DNA from: Clostridium sp.
Lineage (GTDB): Bacteria > Bacillota > Clostridia > Clostridiales > Clostridiaceae
DNA length: 64,000 bases
Direction: 5' to 3'
Assembly: GCA_015058405.1 (NCBI GenBank)
Contig: SVCL01000191.1
Location: 19,424 to 83,423, forward strand
Position numbers and translations under genes: made by a program. Shown piece after piece: positions 41,612 through 51,147 of the stretch (positions are counted from its first letter, which is position 1; each line of letters starts with the position of its first letter). Below the pieces are notes generated by a model, which was not told where the DNA came from, ran no database searches, and was given only the letters and a program-made list of their open reading frames with translations.

Positions 41612-44600
41612 ATGGGTAATAAAGTTAAGATTGAAAAAATATATAACTTAACATCTATGAAAGAAGGTATGATTCTTTATGATGAATTAAATAAGGAAAA
41701 TGATGCCTACATAGAACAATCAATGTTTATTATTAAAGGATGTTTAAATGTTAATACATTAGAAGAAACTTTTAATAAGTTGATTGAAAGATATGAAGCT
41801 TTTAGGAGTGTTTTTATAAGTAAAGGGATAAACGAACCTGTACAAGTAGTAGTTCAAGATGCTAAGTTGGTAATTCATTATGAAGATCTTACAAATTATA
41901 CTGGAAGTAAAGAGGAGTATATAAAAAAATTTGAAGAAGAAGATAGAAGAAAAGGCTTTGATTTAACTAAAGCACCTTTAACTAGAGTATCTGTATTAAA
42001 GTTAGATGAAGAGGTATTTCAAGTAGTATGGAGTTTTCATCATATAATTATGGATGGATGGTGTATGGGAATATTGATAGATGAAATGTTTAAAATATAT
42101 GATTCTATTAATGAAAACTATACATTAGATTTACCTAAGGTACATTCTTATTCTAAATATATGGACTGGCTTAAATTGCAAGATGAAGACGAAGCTGAAG
42201 AGTATTGGAAAGAATATATGTCTGAATATGAGGAGTGTGCATGTATTATCAATTCCAAAACTAGTGCAAGCAGTAGTAAATATGATGTTTGTGATTTATA
42301 TTTTAAAGTTAATAAGGAAAAGACAGGAATATTAAAAGAAATTTCAAATAAGTATGGAGTAACTTTAAGTACAATAATTCAAAGTATATGGGGAATAATG
42401 CTTCAGAGATACAATAGTACAAAGGATGTAATATTTGGTGCTGTTGTATCAGGAAGACCTGCTGAAGTTGAAAATGTATCTAGTATAGTTGGTCTGTTTA
42501 TAAATACTATTCCTGTAAGAGTAAAAACTGAAGAAAAGATGCAGTTTAATGAATTATTATTAGATATGCAAAATAAAGCATTACAATCAGATAAGTATCA
42601 ATATTATTCATTAGCTAAGAATCAATCAAATTCATTAGTTAAAGAAAATCTTATAAATAATATTGTAGCTTTTGAAAATTATCCAGAATCTGATGAAATA
42701 AATAATTCAAATTCATTAATGAAAAGTAATCTTTTAATAAGTGATTTAAGAGCATATGAGCAAACAAGCTATGATTTTAATTTTATAGTATTACCAGGAG
42801 AAGAATTAACAATCAGATTTAATTATAATGGCGCTAAATATGATACAGGAACTATAGAAAGAATAAAAGATCATTTTATAAATATAGTTAATAATGTTGT
42901 GGAAAATGATTCGATTATCATTGACGATATTGATATTATTGGTGATGAAGAAAAAGAGAAAATACTAAACCACTTTAATAATACTAATAAGGAATATGAA
43001 AATAAAAAGAATGTTATTGAATTATTTGAAGAACAAGTTGAAATAAATCCAGAAAATATAGCTATTGTAGATGGGGAAGAAGAGGTAACTTATAAAGAGT
43101 TAGATAAGAAGTCTAATTTGTTAGCTTCAAAATTACTTGAGAATGAAAGATTAGGTAGTGAAAGCATTATATCAATAATGATGGATAGATCTATAAATAT
43201 GATAGTTAGCATGCTTGCTGTTTTAAAAGTTGGAGCTGCATATTTACCAATAGATCCAGAATACCCAAGTAATAGAATAGAGTATATTTTACAAAATAGT
43301 AAATCTGATATGTTAATAACACAAAAGAAATACAGTAAGGATTTAGATTTTGAAGGAAGTATATTGAATATAGAAGAGGTTAATTTTGCTGATGAATTGA
43401 AAGTAGAAAGAATTAATAACAGTAAATATGATGATTTAGCTTATATAATTTATACTTCAGGAACAACAGGAAATCCTAAAGGTGTAATGATTGAGCATAG
43501 AAATTTAATTAATTTATGTAAATGGCATGTAGATAGATTTGGAATAACAGAAAAGGATAATTCTGCTCAATATGCATCTATGGGATTTGATGCATGTGTT
43601 TGGGAAATATGGCCTTACATTATTTCAGGTTCAACTATTTATATAGTTCCAAATGAATTAAAAATAGATATTTTAAGTCTAAATAATTTTTATAATAAAA
43701 ATAATATAACAGTATCCTTCTTACCTACACCTATATGTCAAAGTTTTATTGAGATAGGTGAAAATAGTTCTTTAAGATATTTATTAACAGGAGGAGATAA
43801 GTTAGTAAATTATAAAAAACAAAACTACAAGTTAGTAAATAATTATGGTCCTACAGAAAATACAGTAGTTACAACTAGCTTTGAAGTTGATGCTGAGTAT
43901 AGTAATATTCCTATTGGAAAACCAATTTATAATACTAAAGTATATATATTAGATAAAAATGATAAGTTAGCACCTATTGGAGTATCCGGTGAAATATGCA
44001 TAAGTGGTTCAGGAATATCAAGAGGATATTTAAATAATGAAAAGTTAACTAAAGAAAAGTTTATTGATAATCCATATAATAAAGAAGAAAAGATGTATAG
44101 AACTGGAGATTTAGGAAAGTGGACAAATGATGGGAATATTGAATTCCAAGGACGTTCTGATTATCAAGTTAAAATAAGGGGATTTAGAATAGAGCTTGGT
44201 GAAATAGAAAGTAATTTATTGAAGATAGAAGGGGTAACAGAGGCTACAGTACTTGATATTGGTGAGGGAGATAATAAGCATTTATGTGCATATATTACTA
44301 CAGGTAAAGAATTAAGTATAAGTTATCTAAAAGAAGTTCTTAAAGAAAACTTGCCTAAGTATATGGTACCAACTTACTTCATAATACTTGATAGAATGCC
44401 ATTAACACCTAATGGAAAAGTAGATAAAAGAGCTTTATTAAAAGTAGAAATTAATAATGAAGAAAGCGAAAATATAGAAGTTCAACAAGAAACAAATGAT
44501 ATAGAAAAAAACTTGTTAGGAGTATGGGAAAAGATCTTAGGAGTTAAAGGAATAAAGTTAGAAGAAAACTTTTTTGATATTGGAGGAAATTCATTACTTG

Positions 44601-45325
44601 TACTTAAAATGTTTTCTCTTATAAATAATATCTATAAAGATAAGATTAAAATTACAGATATTTTTGCTAATCCAACAATAAAAGAATTAGCAAAATTAAT
44701 TGGTTATAATCCAGAAGATGAAGAAAATTATGAAATAGAAGGATTAAAGCTAAGTGATGAATATTTCTTGAATAATGAAAGAAATACTGAAAATTCAATG
44801 TTTGAGTATACAATTGATGAAGATATGTATAGTGAATTACTAAGAATTTCAGATAATTTAGCTATTAATATAGAAACAATATTAATAGCTACAAATATTT
44901 ATATTAATAATAAAATAAGTGATATCAGTGAACAAGTTATATATACAATTCTTGATAAAGAAGATAAGGTTAAAAAGAGCATTATTGATTTAAAATCAAT
45001 AAGTAATTTTACAGATTTGTTTATGTTAGTTAAAGAAGGTATCTTTGACAATGAGGAAAATGTGTACGATATTGCTAAATTTAATAGAGTAATTAAAAAC
45101 AATAAAGAAGTAAATATAATTTATCCTTTAATATATAATAATGAACTTGATGTTAGTGATTATAATTTAGAAGAAATATTTAATTTATCACTAAGTGTTG
45201 AAAAATTTGAAGATTATTTAAAACTTAAGTTTAACTATAATACTGATATTATTAAGACTAATAAAGTTGAAGAAATGTTTGGTTTATATATTAATTTATT
45301 AGAAATGATAATTAAAAACTATTAA
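41612..45325 (+). CDS. NRPS 4: C(DCL) - A(Leu) - PCP - half-C
   Basis: HHIIMDGWC; A code DAWFLGNVVK (Leu); PCP GGNS; C-terminal ~190 aa resemble a degenerate C-lobe. Confidence 0.92.
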   Translation: MGNKVKIEKIYNLTSMKEGMILYDELNKENDAYIEQSMFIIKGCLNVNTLEETFNKLIERYEAFRSVFISKGINEPVQVVVQDAKLVIHYEDLTNYTGSKEEYIKKFEEEDRRKGFDLTKAPLTRVSVLKLDEEVFQVVWSFHHIIMDGWCMGILIDEMFKIYDSINENYTLDLPKVHSYSKYMDWLKLQDEDEAEEYWKEYMSEYEECACIINSKTSASSSKYDVCDLYFKVNKEKTGILKEISNKYGVTLSTIIQSIWGIMLQRYNSTKDVIFGAVVSGRPAEVENVSSIVGLFINTIPVRVKTEEKMQFNELLLDMQNKALQSDKYQYYSLAKNQSNSLVKENLINNIVAFENYPESDEINNSNSLMKSNLLISDLRAYEQTSYDFNFIVLPGEELTIRFNYNGAKYDTGTIERIKDHFINIVNNVVENDSIIIDDIDIIGDEEKEKILNHFNNTNKEYENKKNVIELFEEQVEINPENIAIVDGEEEVTYKELDKKSNLLASKLLENERLGSESIISIMMDRSINMIVSMLAVLKVGAAYLPIDPEYPSNRIEYILQNSKSDMLITQKKYSKDLDFEGSILNIEEVNFADELKVERINNSKYDDLAYIIYTSGTTGNPKGVMIEHRNLINLCKWHVDRFGITEKDNSAQYASMGFDACVWEIWPYIISGSTIYIVPNELKIDILSLNNFYNKNNITVSFLPTPICQSFIEIGENSSLRYLLTGGDKLVNYKKQNYKLVNNYGPTENTVVTTSFEVDAEYSNIPIGKPIYNTKVYILDKNDKLAPIGVSGEICISGSGISRGYLNNEKLTKEKFIDNPYNKEEKMYRTGDLGKWTNDGNIEFQGRSDYQVKIRGFRIELGEIESNLLKIEGVTEATVLDIGEGDNKHLCAYITTGKELSISYLKEVLKENLPKYMVPTYFIILDRMPLTPNGKVDKRALLKVEINNEESENIEVQQETNDIEKNLLGVWEKILGVKGIKLEENFFDIGGNSLLVLKMFSLINNIYKDKIKITDIFANPTIKELAKLIGYNPEDEENYEIEGLKLSDEYFLNNERNTENSMFEYTIDEDMYSELLRISDNLAINIETILIATNIYINNKISDISEQVIYTILDKEDKVKKSIIDLKSISNFTDLFMLVKEGIFDNEENVYDIAKFNRVIKNNKEVNIIYPLIYNNELDVSDYNLEEIFNLSLSVEKFEDYLKLKFNYNTDIIKTNKVEEMFGLYINLLEMIIKNY

Positions 45326-45344
45326 ATATTATTGGAGGGGTTGT

Positions 45345-46595
45345 ATGAAAGATGTAGTGTTGTTGTTTTCAGGACAAGGTTCTCAATATGTTGGAATGGG
45401 AAAAAACATATATGATAAATACTCAATTGTTAAAGATATATTCGAGGAAGCAAGTGATACCTTAAATATAGATATGAAGAAGTTATGCTTTGAGGGGGAT
45501 TTGGAAAAGTTATCATTAACTAGTAATACACAAACTGCTATATTAACAGTTAGTTATGCTATGTTTAAAGTGCTAACAAATGAGTATGGAATAAATCCTG
45601 TATATATGGCCGGACACAGTTTAGGTGAAATAAGTGCTATTACCTGCGCTAATGCTATCAATTTTAAAGATGGACTTAAGATAGTAAAAAGAAGAGGAGA
45701 ATTAATGCAAAGAGCTAGCGCTGAAAAAAGCAGTATGGCAGCTATTATTGGTGTTGAGTCAAAAGAGGTTGAAAATGTAATTGATGAAATAAAGAATAAA
45801 GGGCGAATAATCAATATTGCTTGTTATAATTCTACGCTGCAAAATGTTATTTCAGGAGAAGATGAAGCTGTAAGAGAAGCTATTAATAAGTTAGAAACTA
45901 TAGCTAAAAAAGTATCTCATTTAAAAGTAAGTGGAGCTTTTCATACACAATTAATGGCTCCTGTAGCTGATGAATTTGAAGAAGAGTTAAATAAGTATAA
46001 ATATAATGAATTTAGTATTCCTGTAATTAGTAATGTAAATGCTAAAGAATATGAAAGTTCATTAGAAATTGTAAGTAACTTAAAAAATCAGTTAACAAAT
46101 CCAGTATTATGGACTGATATAATGAAAGCTATAATAAATAAAGATAGTGATTATATTATAGAATTAGGGCCTAAAAATACATTAAGTAAGTTATTTAAGA
46201 GATATTCTAATATGAGTAATATATATGCTTTTGATAACAAAGCTGATCTAAATAAAATAGATAGAAATATAGGTTTAAAAAAAGATATTGATTTTAATCT
46301 GGTAAAATCAATATTAGTTGCAGCATCATGTACTGAGAATAATAATTTTCAAAATGAAAAATACAGTGAAAATGTAATTCTTCCAATAAAGAAGATAAAA
46401 AATATATATATTGCATTAAAAGAAACAAAAAGAGAGGTTACTGTTGAAGACTTAGATAAAGCAGTAGAGGCTCTTTTTTTAGTGCTTGAAAATAAGAGTG
46501 TAGGTAATTTTGAAAAGAAAGAAATATTAAGCGAATTATTAAAACAAACAAGATATGAAGAGATTAAAAGAAAAATCGCAAGTAATATCATATAG
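45345..46595 (+). CDS. Stand-alone malonyl-CoA:ACP transacylase (trans-AT), ItuD/FenF-like with C-terminal extension
   Basis: FSGQGSQYVGMG, catalytic GHSLGE, VSGAFH, ELGP; ~110 aa extension beyond the FabD core. Confidence 0.9.
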   Translation: MKDVVLLFSGQGSQYVGMGKNIYDKYSIVKDIFEEASDTLNIDMKKLCFEGDLEKLSLTSNTQTAILTVSYAMFKVLTNEYGINPVYMAGHSLGEISAITCANAINFKDGLKIVKRRGELMQRASAEKSSMAAIIGVESKEVENVIDEIKNKGRIINIACYNSTLQNVISGEDEAVREAINKLETIAKKVSHLKVSGAFHTQLMAPVADEFEEELNKYKYNEFSIPVISNVNAKEYESSLEIVSNLKNQLTNPVLWTDIMKAIINKDSDYIIELGPKNTLSKLFKRYSNMSNIYAFDNKADLNKIDRNIGLKKDIDFNLVKSILVAASCTENNNFQNEKYSENVILPIKKIKNIYIALKETKREVTVEDLDKAVEALFLVLENKSVGNFEKKEILSELLKQTRYEEIKRKIASNII

Positions 46596-46613
46596 ATTTT
46601 AAAAGGAGGAAGT

Positions 46614-49600
46614 ATGCTAAGTTTTGACGATATTGATTTGAATATAAAGAAAGAAAAAGTTGAAGTTAAGAAAATTCGTTCAAAAGACATAGCTGTTATC
46701 GGTATAAGTTTAAGATTACCTAAGGCTAACAATTTGGAAGAATTTTGGTGCAACCTTACTAATGGAATAGATTGCATTGACCATGTACCAACTTCTAGGC
46801 AAAAAGATATAACAAAGTATTTAAAATACACTAATATGGATAAAGAATTTGAAGTTGGAGAAATGGGCTATATAGATGATATAGATAAATTTGATTATAA
46901 GTTTTTTGGCTTATCTCCAAATGAAGCTAAATTAATGGATCCAAATCAAAGAGTATTTTTACAAACTGCATGGAATGCTTTAGAGGATTCTGGATATGGC
47001 GGTAAAAAGTTTTATGGTAGTAGAACAGGTGTGTATATAGGTTATGGAGATACGCCTGATTATTCTTATAGTAGATTAATTGACGAGGTTGAACCAAAAA
47101 GTAAAATAGTTAGTTTTACAGGAAATTTATCAGCGATGATTGCAAGTAGAATAAGTTATATTCTTAACTTAAGAGGACCAAGTGTAACTATAGACACAAC
47201 ATGTTCTTCATCTTTAGTAGCATTACATATGGCATGTCAAGGAATACGAAATGGCGATTGTGATGCAGCAATAGTAGGAGGGGTAAAAATAAGTGTTTTA
47301 CCTCTTAAATCAAAAGAAAAGTTAGGTATAGAATCTTCTAATGATAGAACTATGGCTTTTGATGATAATTCTGATGGAGCAAGTAGTGGAGAAGGTGTGG
47401 TAGCCTTAATTATAAAACCATTAGACAAGGCTATCAAAGATAATGATTCTATATATTCTGTTATAAAAGGAAGTTCAATAAATCAAGATGGAAGATCTAT
47501 TGGAATTACAGCTCCTAATCCAGAGGCACAGGAAGATGTTCTAATTAGAGCTTGGAAGGAAGCAGAAGTGAATCCAGAAGATATATCATATGTAGAAGCT
47601 CATGGAACAGGAACAAATTTAGGAGATCCAATAGAAATTGATGGATTAACTAGAGCTTTTTCTAAATTTACAGATAGAAAACAATTTTGTGCTGTAAGTG
47701 CTCTTAAATCTAATATTGGACATTTAGATAGTTGTTCAGGTTTAGCTGGAGTTGTAAAAGCTATCCTATGTCTTAAACATAAAACTTTAGTTCCAGTGGT
47801 TAATTTTACAGTTCCAAATTGTAAAATTGATTTTGAAGAGTCGCCAGTATATATAGTTAACAAAACTAAGAAATGGAATAGTAGATGTGACTTAAGAAAA
47901 TGTGGAGTAAGCTCTTTTGGATTAAGTGGATGTAATTGTCACGTTGTATTAGAAGAGTGGCAAGAAGATAAATCAGCTAGTTTAAGTAGAATTAATGAAT
48001 TTGATATGTTATCTGTTACAGCAAAATCACAAGAAGCATTAGAAAATTTAATAAAGAAATATATAACTTTTATTGAGAATATTGATGAAAGTGACTTAAT
48101 GAATTTTGTTTATACAGCTAATACAGGAAGAGGAGAATATGAAGAAAGAGTATTATTCATATTCTCAAACAAGGAAGAGTTATTAAATAATATGAAGTCT
48201 TTTAGTAGAAAGAACTTTAATAGTGAAAAAATATTTATTACTAATAGAGAACATTATAATGATATAAACTTCCAAAAAACTGTACAAGATGAAATTGATA
48301 GCTTACAGAAAAATTGTCAATACGATTTAGAAACACTTATTAAAATTGCAGGATTATATGTTAATGGTGGAAGTATTGACTGGAATAAGTTTTATAAAAA
48401 AGAAAAGAGAAAGAAGATTCATATACCAGGATATGAGTTTGAGAAAATTAGGGTATGGCTTAATATTCCAGATGAGAGAAAAGTTAAGTGTTTAAATTCA
48501 GTGGAAAAGGAAGAAGAGAAGAAAGTTAAGCCTACAAGTATTGAAGAAATAAGCAAAGTAATTGCAGATACTTGGAGTGAGTATTTAGGAATAACTTCAA
48601 TTGGGCTAGAAGATAATTATTATTCATTAGGGGGAGATTCTCTTATTGGTATCCAAATTGTAAATAGATTAAAAAATATTTTAGATGTGGATATAAAATT
48701 AAAGGATTTATCTGAAGGTTTAACAATAAAAAAATTGTCTAGCATAATAATGGAAAAGTCTAAGTTAGACAATAGTTCTGCTAAAAATGATATGACTATC
48801 AAAAAGGCAGAAAAGAGAGAGTATTATCCATTATCTTCAGCTCAAAAGAGAATGTATGTAAGTCAAGTATTAGAAGATGAAAAAGAGAATAAAACTTATA
48901 ATATTTTTGGTGCATTAGATATTGAGGGTAAGTTAGATATAGATAAACTTAAACATGCATTAAATCAAGTTACTGAAAGACATGAAATTTTAAGAACATC
49001 TTTTAAATTAGTTGATGGAAAACCTGTCCAAATAGTAAATGAAGATATAAAAATAGAATTAGAAACTATGGAGATAGATGAAAACAACATAGATAAACAA
49101 ATTGATTTATTAATTAATTCTTTTGATCTAAGTGCTGCACCATTAACTAAATATTATTTATTACATGTAGCAAATGATAAATATATATTTGTATATAATA
49201 TGAACCATATAATTTCAGATGGTGTTTCAGTAGGAATATTTATGGATGAAGTATCTCAAATATATAATGGAAATACTTTAGAACCATTGAAATTACAATA
49301 TAAGGACTATGCAGTATGGCAAAATAAGATCATAGGTAGTGAAATAATTGAAAGTCAGAGACAATATTGGATTAACAAATTTAGTGGTGACTTGCCTACA
49401 TTAGATTTATTGCCTGATTATTCTAATAGTTTGGATAATGTATATGAAGGAAGTTATGTTAGAGTTATTGCAGACTTAGACATAAAAAGAAGTTTAAATG
49501 AAATTGCTAATAAGAGAAGTACAACATTATTTAATGTATTACTAGCTGCATATTATGTACTTTTAATGAAGTATAGTAAGCAAGAAGATATAATCATAGG

Positions 49601-50153
49601 ATCACCATTTTCAGGAAGACAAAATTCGGAAATTGAAAATCTAATGGGAATGTTTGTTAATACTATTGCTTTAAGAAGTTGTCCAAACAATAGCAAGAAA
49701 TTTAATGACTTCTTAGAGGAAGTAAAAACTTGTACTATGGAAGCAATTGAAAATCAAGATTATCAATTTGATATGCTTGTAGAAGAACTAAATTTAAATA
49801 GACAAGAAGGTAAGCTATTTGATACTTTCTTTGCATTACAAAATATGAAGTTAGACCCAATTAAGATTAATGATGTGAAAGTAGATTTCAGAGAATGTAA
49901 TATTCATGTATCTCCATATAAAGTATCATTAATTTCTATGGAAAATAGTGAAGGTATAAATTTAATATTTGAATATCAAAAAAATGTATTTAAAAGAGAA
50001 ACTGTTGAAGGTTTTGCAGAAAGCTATATTAGTATTTTAGAACAAATTACAGAAGATGATACTTTAATGATAGAAGATATTAAGATATGTAATGAGTACG
50101 ATAAAGCAGAATGCGATATTTTAGAAAATGAAGATTTAGATTTTAATTTTTAA
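46614..50153 (+). CDS. AT-less PKS/NRPS hybrid: KS - ACP - C(LCL), no KR, DH or ER
   Basis: KS triad DTTCSSSL, EAHGTGT, KSNIGH; AT-docking remnant PGYEFEK; ACP LGGDSL; C domain YPLSSAQKRMY and NHIISDGVS; ends ENEDLDFNF. Confidence 0.92.
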   Translation: MLSFDDIDLNIKKEKVEVKKIRSKDIAVIGISLRLPKANNLEEFWCNLTNGIDCIDHVPTSRQKDITKYLKYTNMDKEFEVGEMGYIDDIDKFDYKFFGLSPNEAKLMDPNQRVFLQTAWNALEDSGYGGKKFYGSRTGVYIGYGDTPDYSYSRLIDEVEPKSKIVSFTGNLSAMIASRISYILNLRGPSVTIDTTCSSSLVALHMACQGIRNGDCDAAIVGGVKISVLPLKSKEKLGIESSNDRTMAFDDNSDGASSGEGVVALIIKPLDKAIKDNDSIYSVIKGSSINQDGRSIGITAPNPEAQEDVLIRAWKEAEVNPEDISYVEAHGTGTNLGDPIEIDGLTRAFSKFTDRKQFCAVSALKSNIGHLDSCSGLAGVVKAILCLKHKTLVPVVNFTVPNCKIDFEESPVYIVNKTKKWNSRCDLRKCGVSSFGLSGCNCHVVLEEWQEDKSASLSRINEFDMLSVTAKSQEALENLIKKYITFIENIDESDLMNFVYTANTGRGEYEERVLFIFSNKEELLNNMKSFSRKNFNSEKIFITNREHYNDINFQKTVQDEIDSLQKNCQYDLETLIKIAGLYVNGGSIDWNKFYKKEKRKKIHIPGYEFEKIRVWLNIPDERKVKCLNSVEKEEEKKVKPTSIEEISKVIADTWSEYLGITSIGLEDNYYSLGGDSLIGIQIVNRLKNILDVDIKLKDLSEGLTIKKLSSIIMEKSKLDNSSAKNDMTIKKAEKREYYPLSSAQKRMYVSQVLEDEKENKTYNIFGALDIEGKLDIDKLKHALNQVTERHEILRTSFKLVDGKPVQIVNEDIKIELETMEIDENNIDKQIDLLINSFDLSAAPLTKYYLLHVANDKYIFVYNMNHIISDGVSVGIFMDEVSQIYNGNTLEPLKLQYKDYAVWQNKIIGSEIIESQRQYWINKFSGDLPTLDLLPDYSNSLDNVYEGSYVRVIADLDIKRSLNEIANKRSTTLFNVLLAAYYVLLMKYSKQEDIIIGSPFSGRQNSEIENLMGMFVNTIALRSCPNNSKKFNDFLEEVKTCTMEAIENQDYQFDMLVEELNLNRQEGKLFDTFFALQNMKLDPIKINDVKVDFRECNIHVSPYKVSLISMENSEGINLIFEYQKNVFKRETVEGFAESYISILEQITEDDTLMIEDIKICNEYDKAECDILENEDLDFNF

Positions 50154-50181
50154 ATAAATATTTTTTTAGGGGGAATTTAAA

Positions 50182-51105
50182 ATGGAAAATAGTAAAAAAA
50201 ATAGTATTATGGTAGTGGTTTTAACATTTATAATGTCTTTTGTTGTTTATCTTGCAGCTACATTAGTTGTTAGAGGAACATTTATTTCTATTCAAAATTT
50301 AGGTGATTTACCTATGGAAGAAGCAAATATGATTTTAGGTAAAAATCCAGTGTATTTAGGAGTAAATTCAATTGTAGATATTTTAGTAATTGTATGTTTA
50401 ATGTTTATTGTAAAGAAGAAAAATGAAAAAGTATTTGAATATGATGATGTTGTTAAGTTTAGAAAAAGAAGTTTTAATCTATATTCTTTAGGAATACTTT
50501 TAGCAACAATAAATATGGTTGTATTTACTTTATTTGCAGTTTGTTCAGGTTTATTTTCTTATGGTTCAGAAACTGTGTCTGATTTTTCTACTAGTGTAGT
50601 AGTTGAGTTTGTTATTTGTGGATTAGTTTATTCGTTTATTACTGGATATTGTGAAGAATTACTTCATAGAGGAATTATATATAAGCAATTAAATAAAGCT
50701 TGTCCTAAGTATTCTTTATATATATGTTCATTTTTATTTATGATGACAGAATTATCAGGAAGTCAATTTAAATTAATAGATTATGTTGGTGTATTTTTAG
50801 CTGGTGTATTTTTCTGTTATTTATATGATGTAAGTTCTTCAATGTTTTTATCAGCTGGATTCCATTCAGGAGTACACTTCCTTTTATTAATGGTAACTAA
50901 ATTCCAAGGTGTTGATATATATCAAGGACCAATGTTTATGATTTTTAATCCAAGTAATGATTTTGTTGTTGGAGGTATAAGCTTAGGATCTCCATATGGT
51001 ATTGTTACTGCAGTTATTAATATGCTAGGAATAGTTATATTAACTATTTATAAAAAGAAAAAGAATATAAAAAGTGAAGCAGAATTAAATATGAAAGCTG
51101 CTTAA
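50182..51105 (+). CDS. CPBP/Abi (type II CAAX protease-like) membrane protein with divergent motifs
   Basis: Multiple TM helices; EELLHRG (EExxxR). Expected FxxxH reads FMMTE; expected HxxxN reads HSGVH. Confidence 0.75.
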   Translation: MENSKKNSIMVVVLTFIMSFVVYLAATLVVRGTFISIQNLGDLPMEEANMILGKNPVYLGVNSIVDILVIVCLMFIVKKKNEKVFEYDDVVKFRKRSFNLYSLGILLATINMVVFTLFAVCSGLFSYGSETVSDFSTSVVVEFVICGLVYSFITGYCEELLHRGIIYKQLNKACPKYSLYICSFLFMMTELSGSQFKLIDYVGVFLAGVFFCYLYDVSSSMFLSAGFHSGVHFLLLMVTKFQGVDIYQGPMFMIFNPSNDFVVGGISLGSPYGIVTAVINMLGIVILTIYKKKKNIKSEAELNMKAA

Positions 51106-51147
51106 TTTCATCTAGAGAGCTAAAGTAAAGAGGCGGAGGATATAAAA

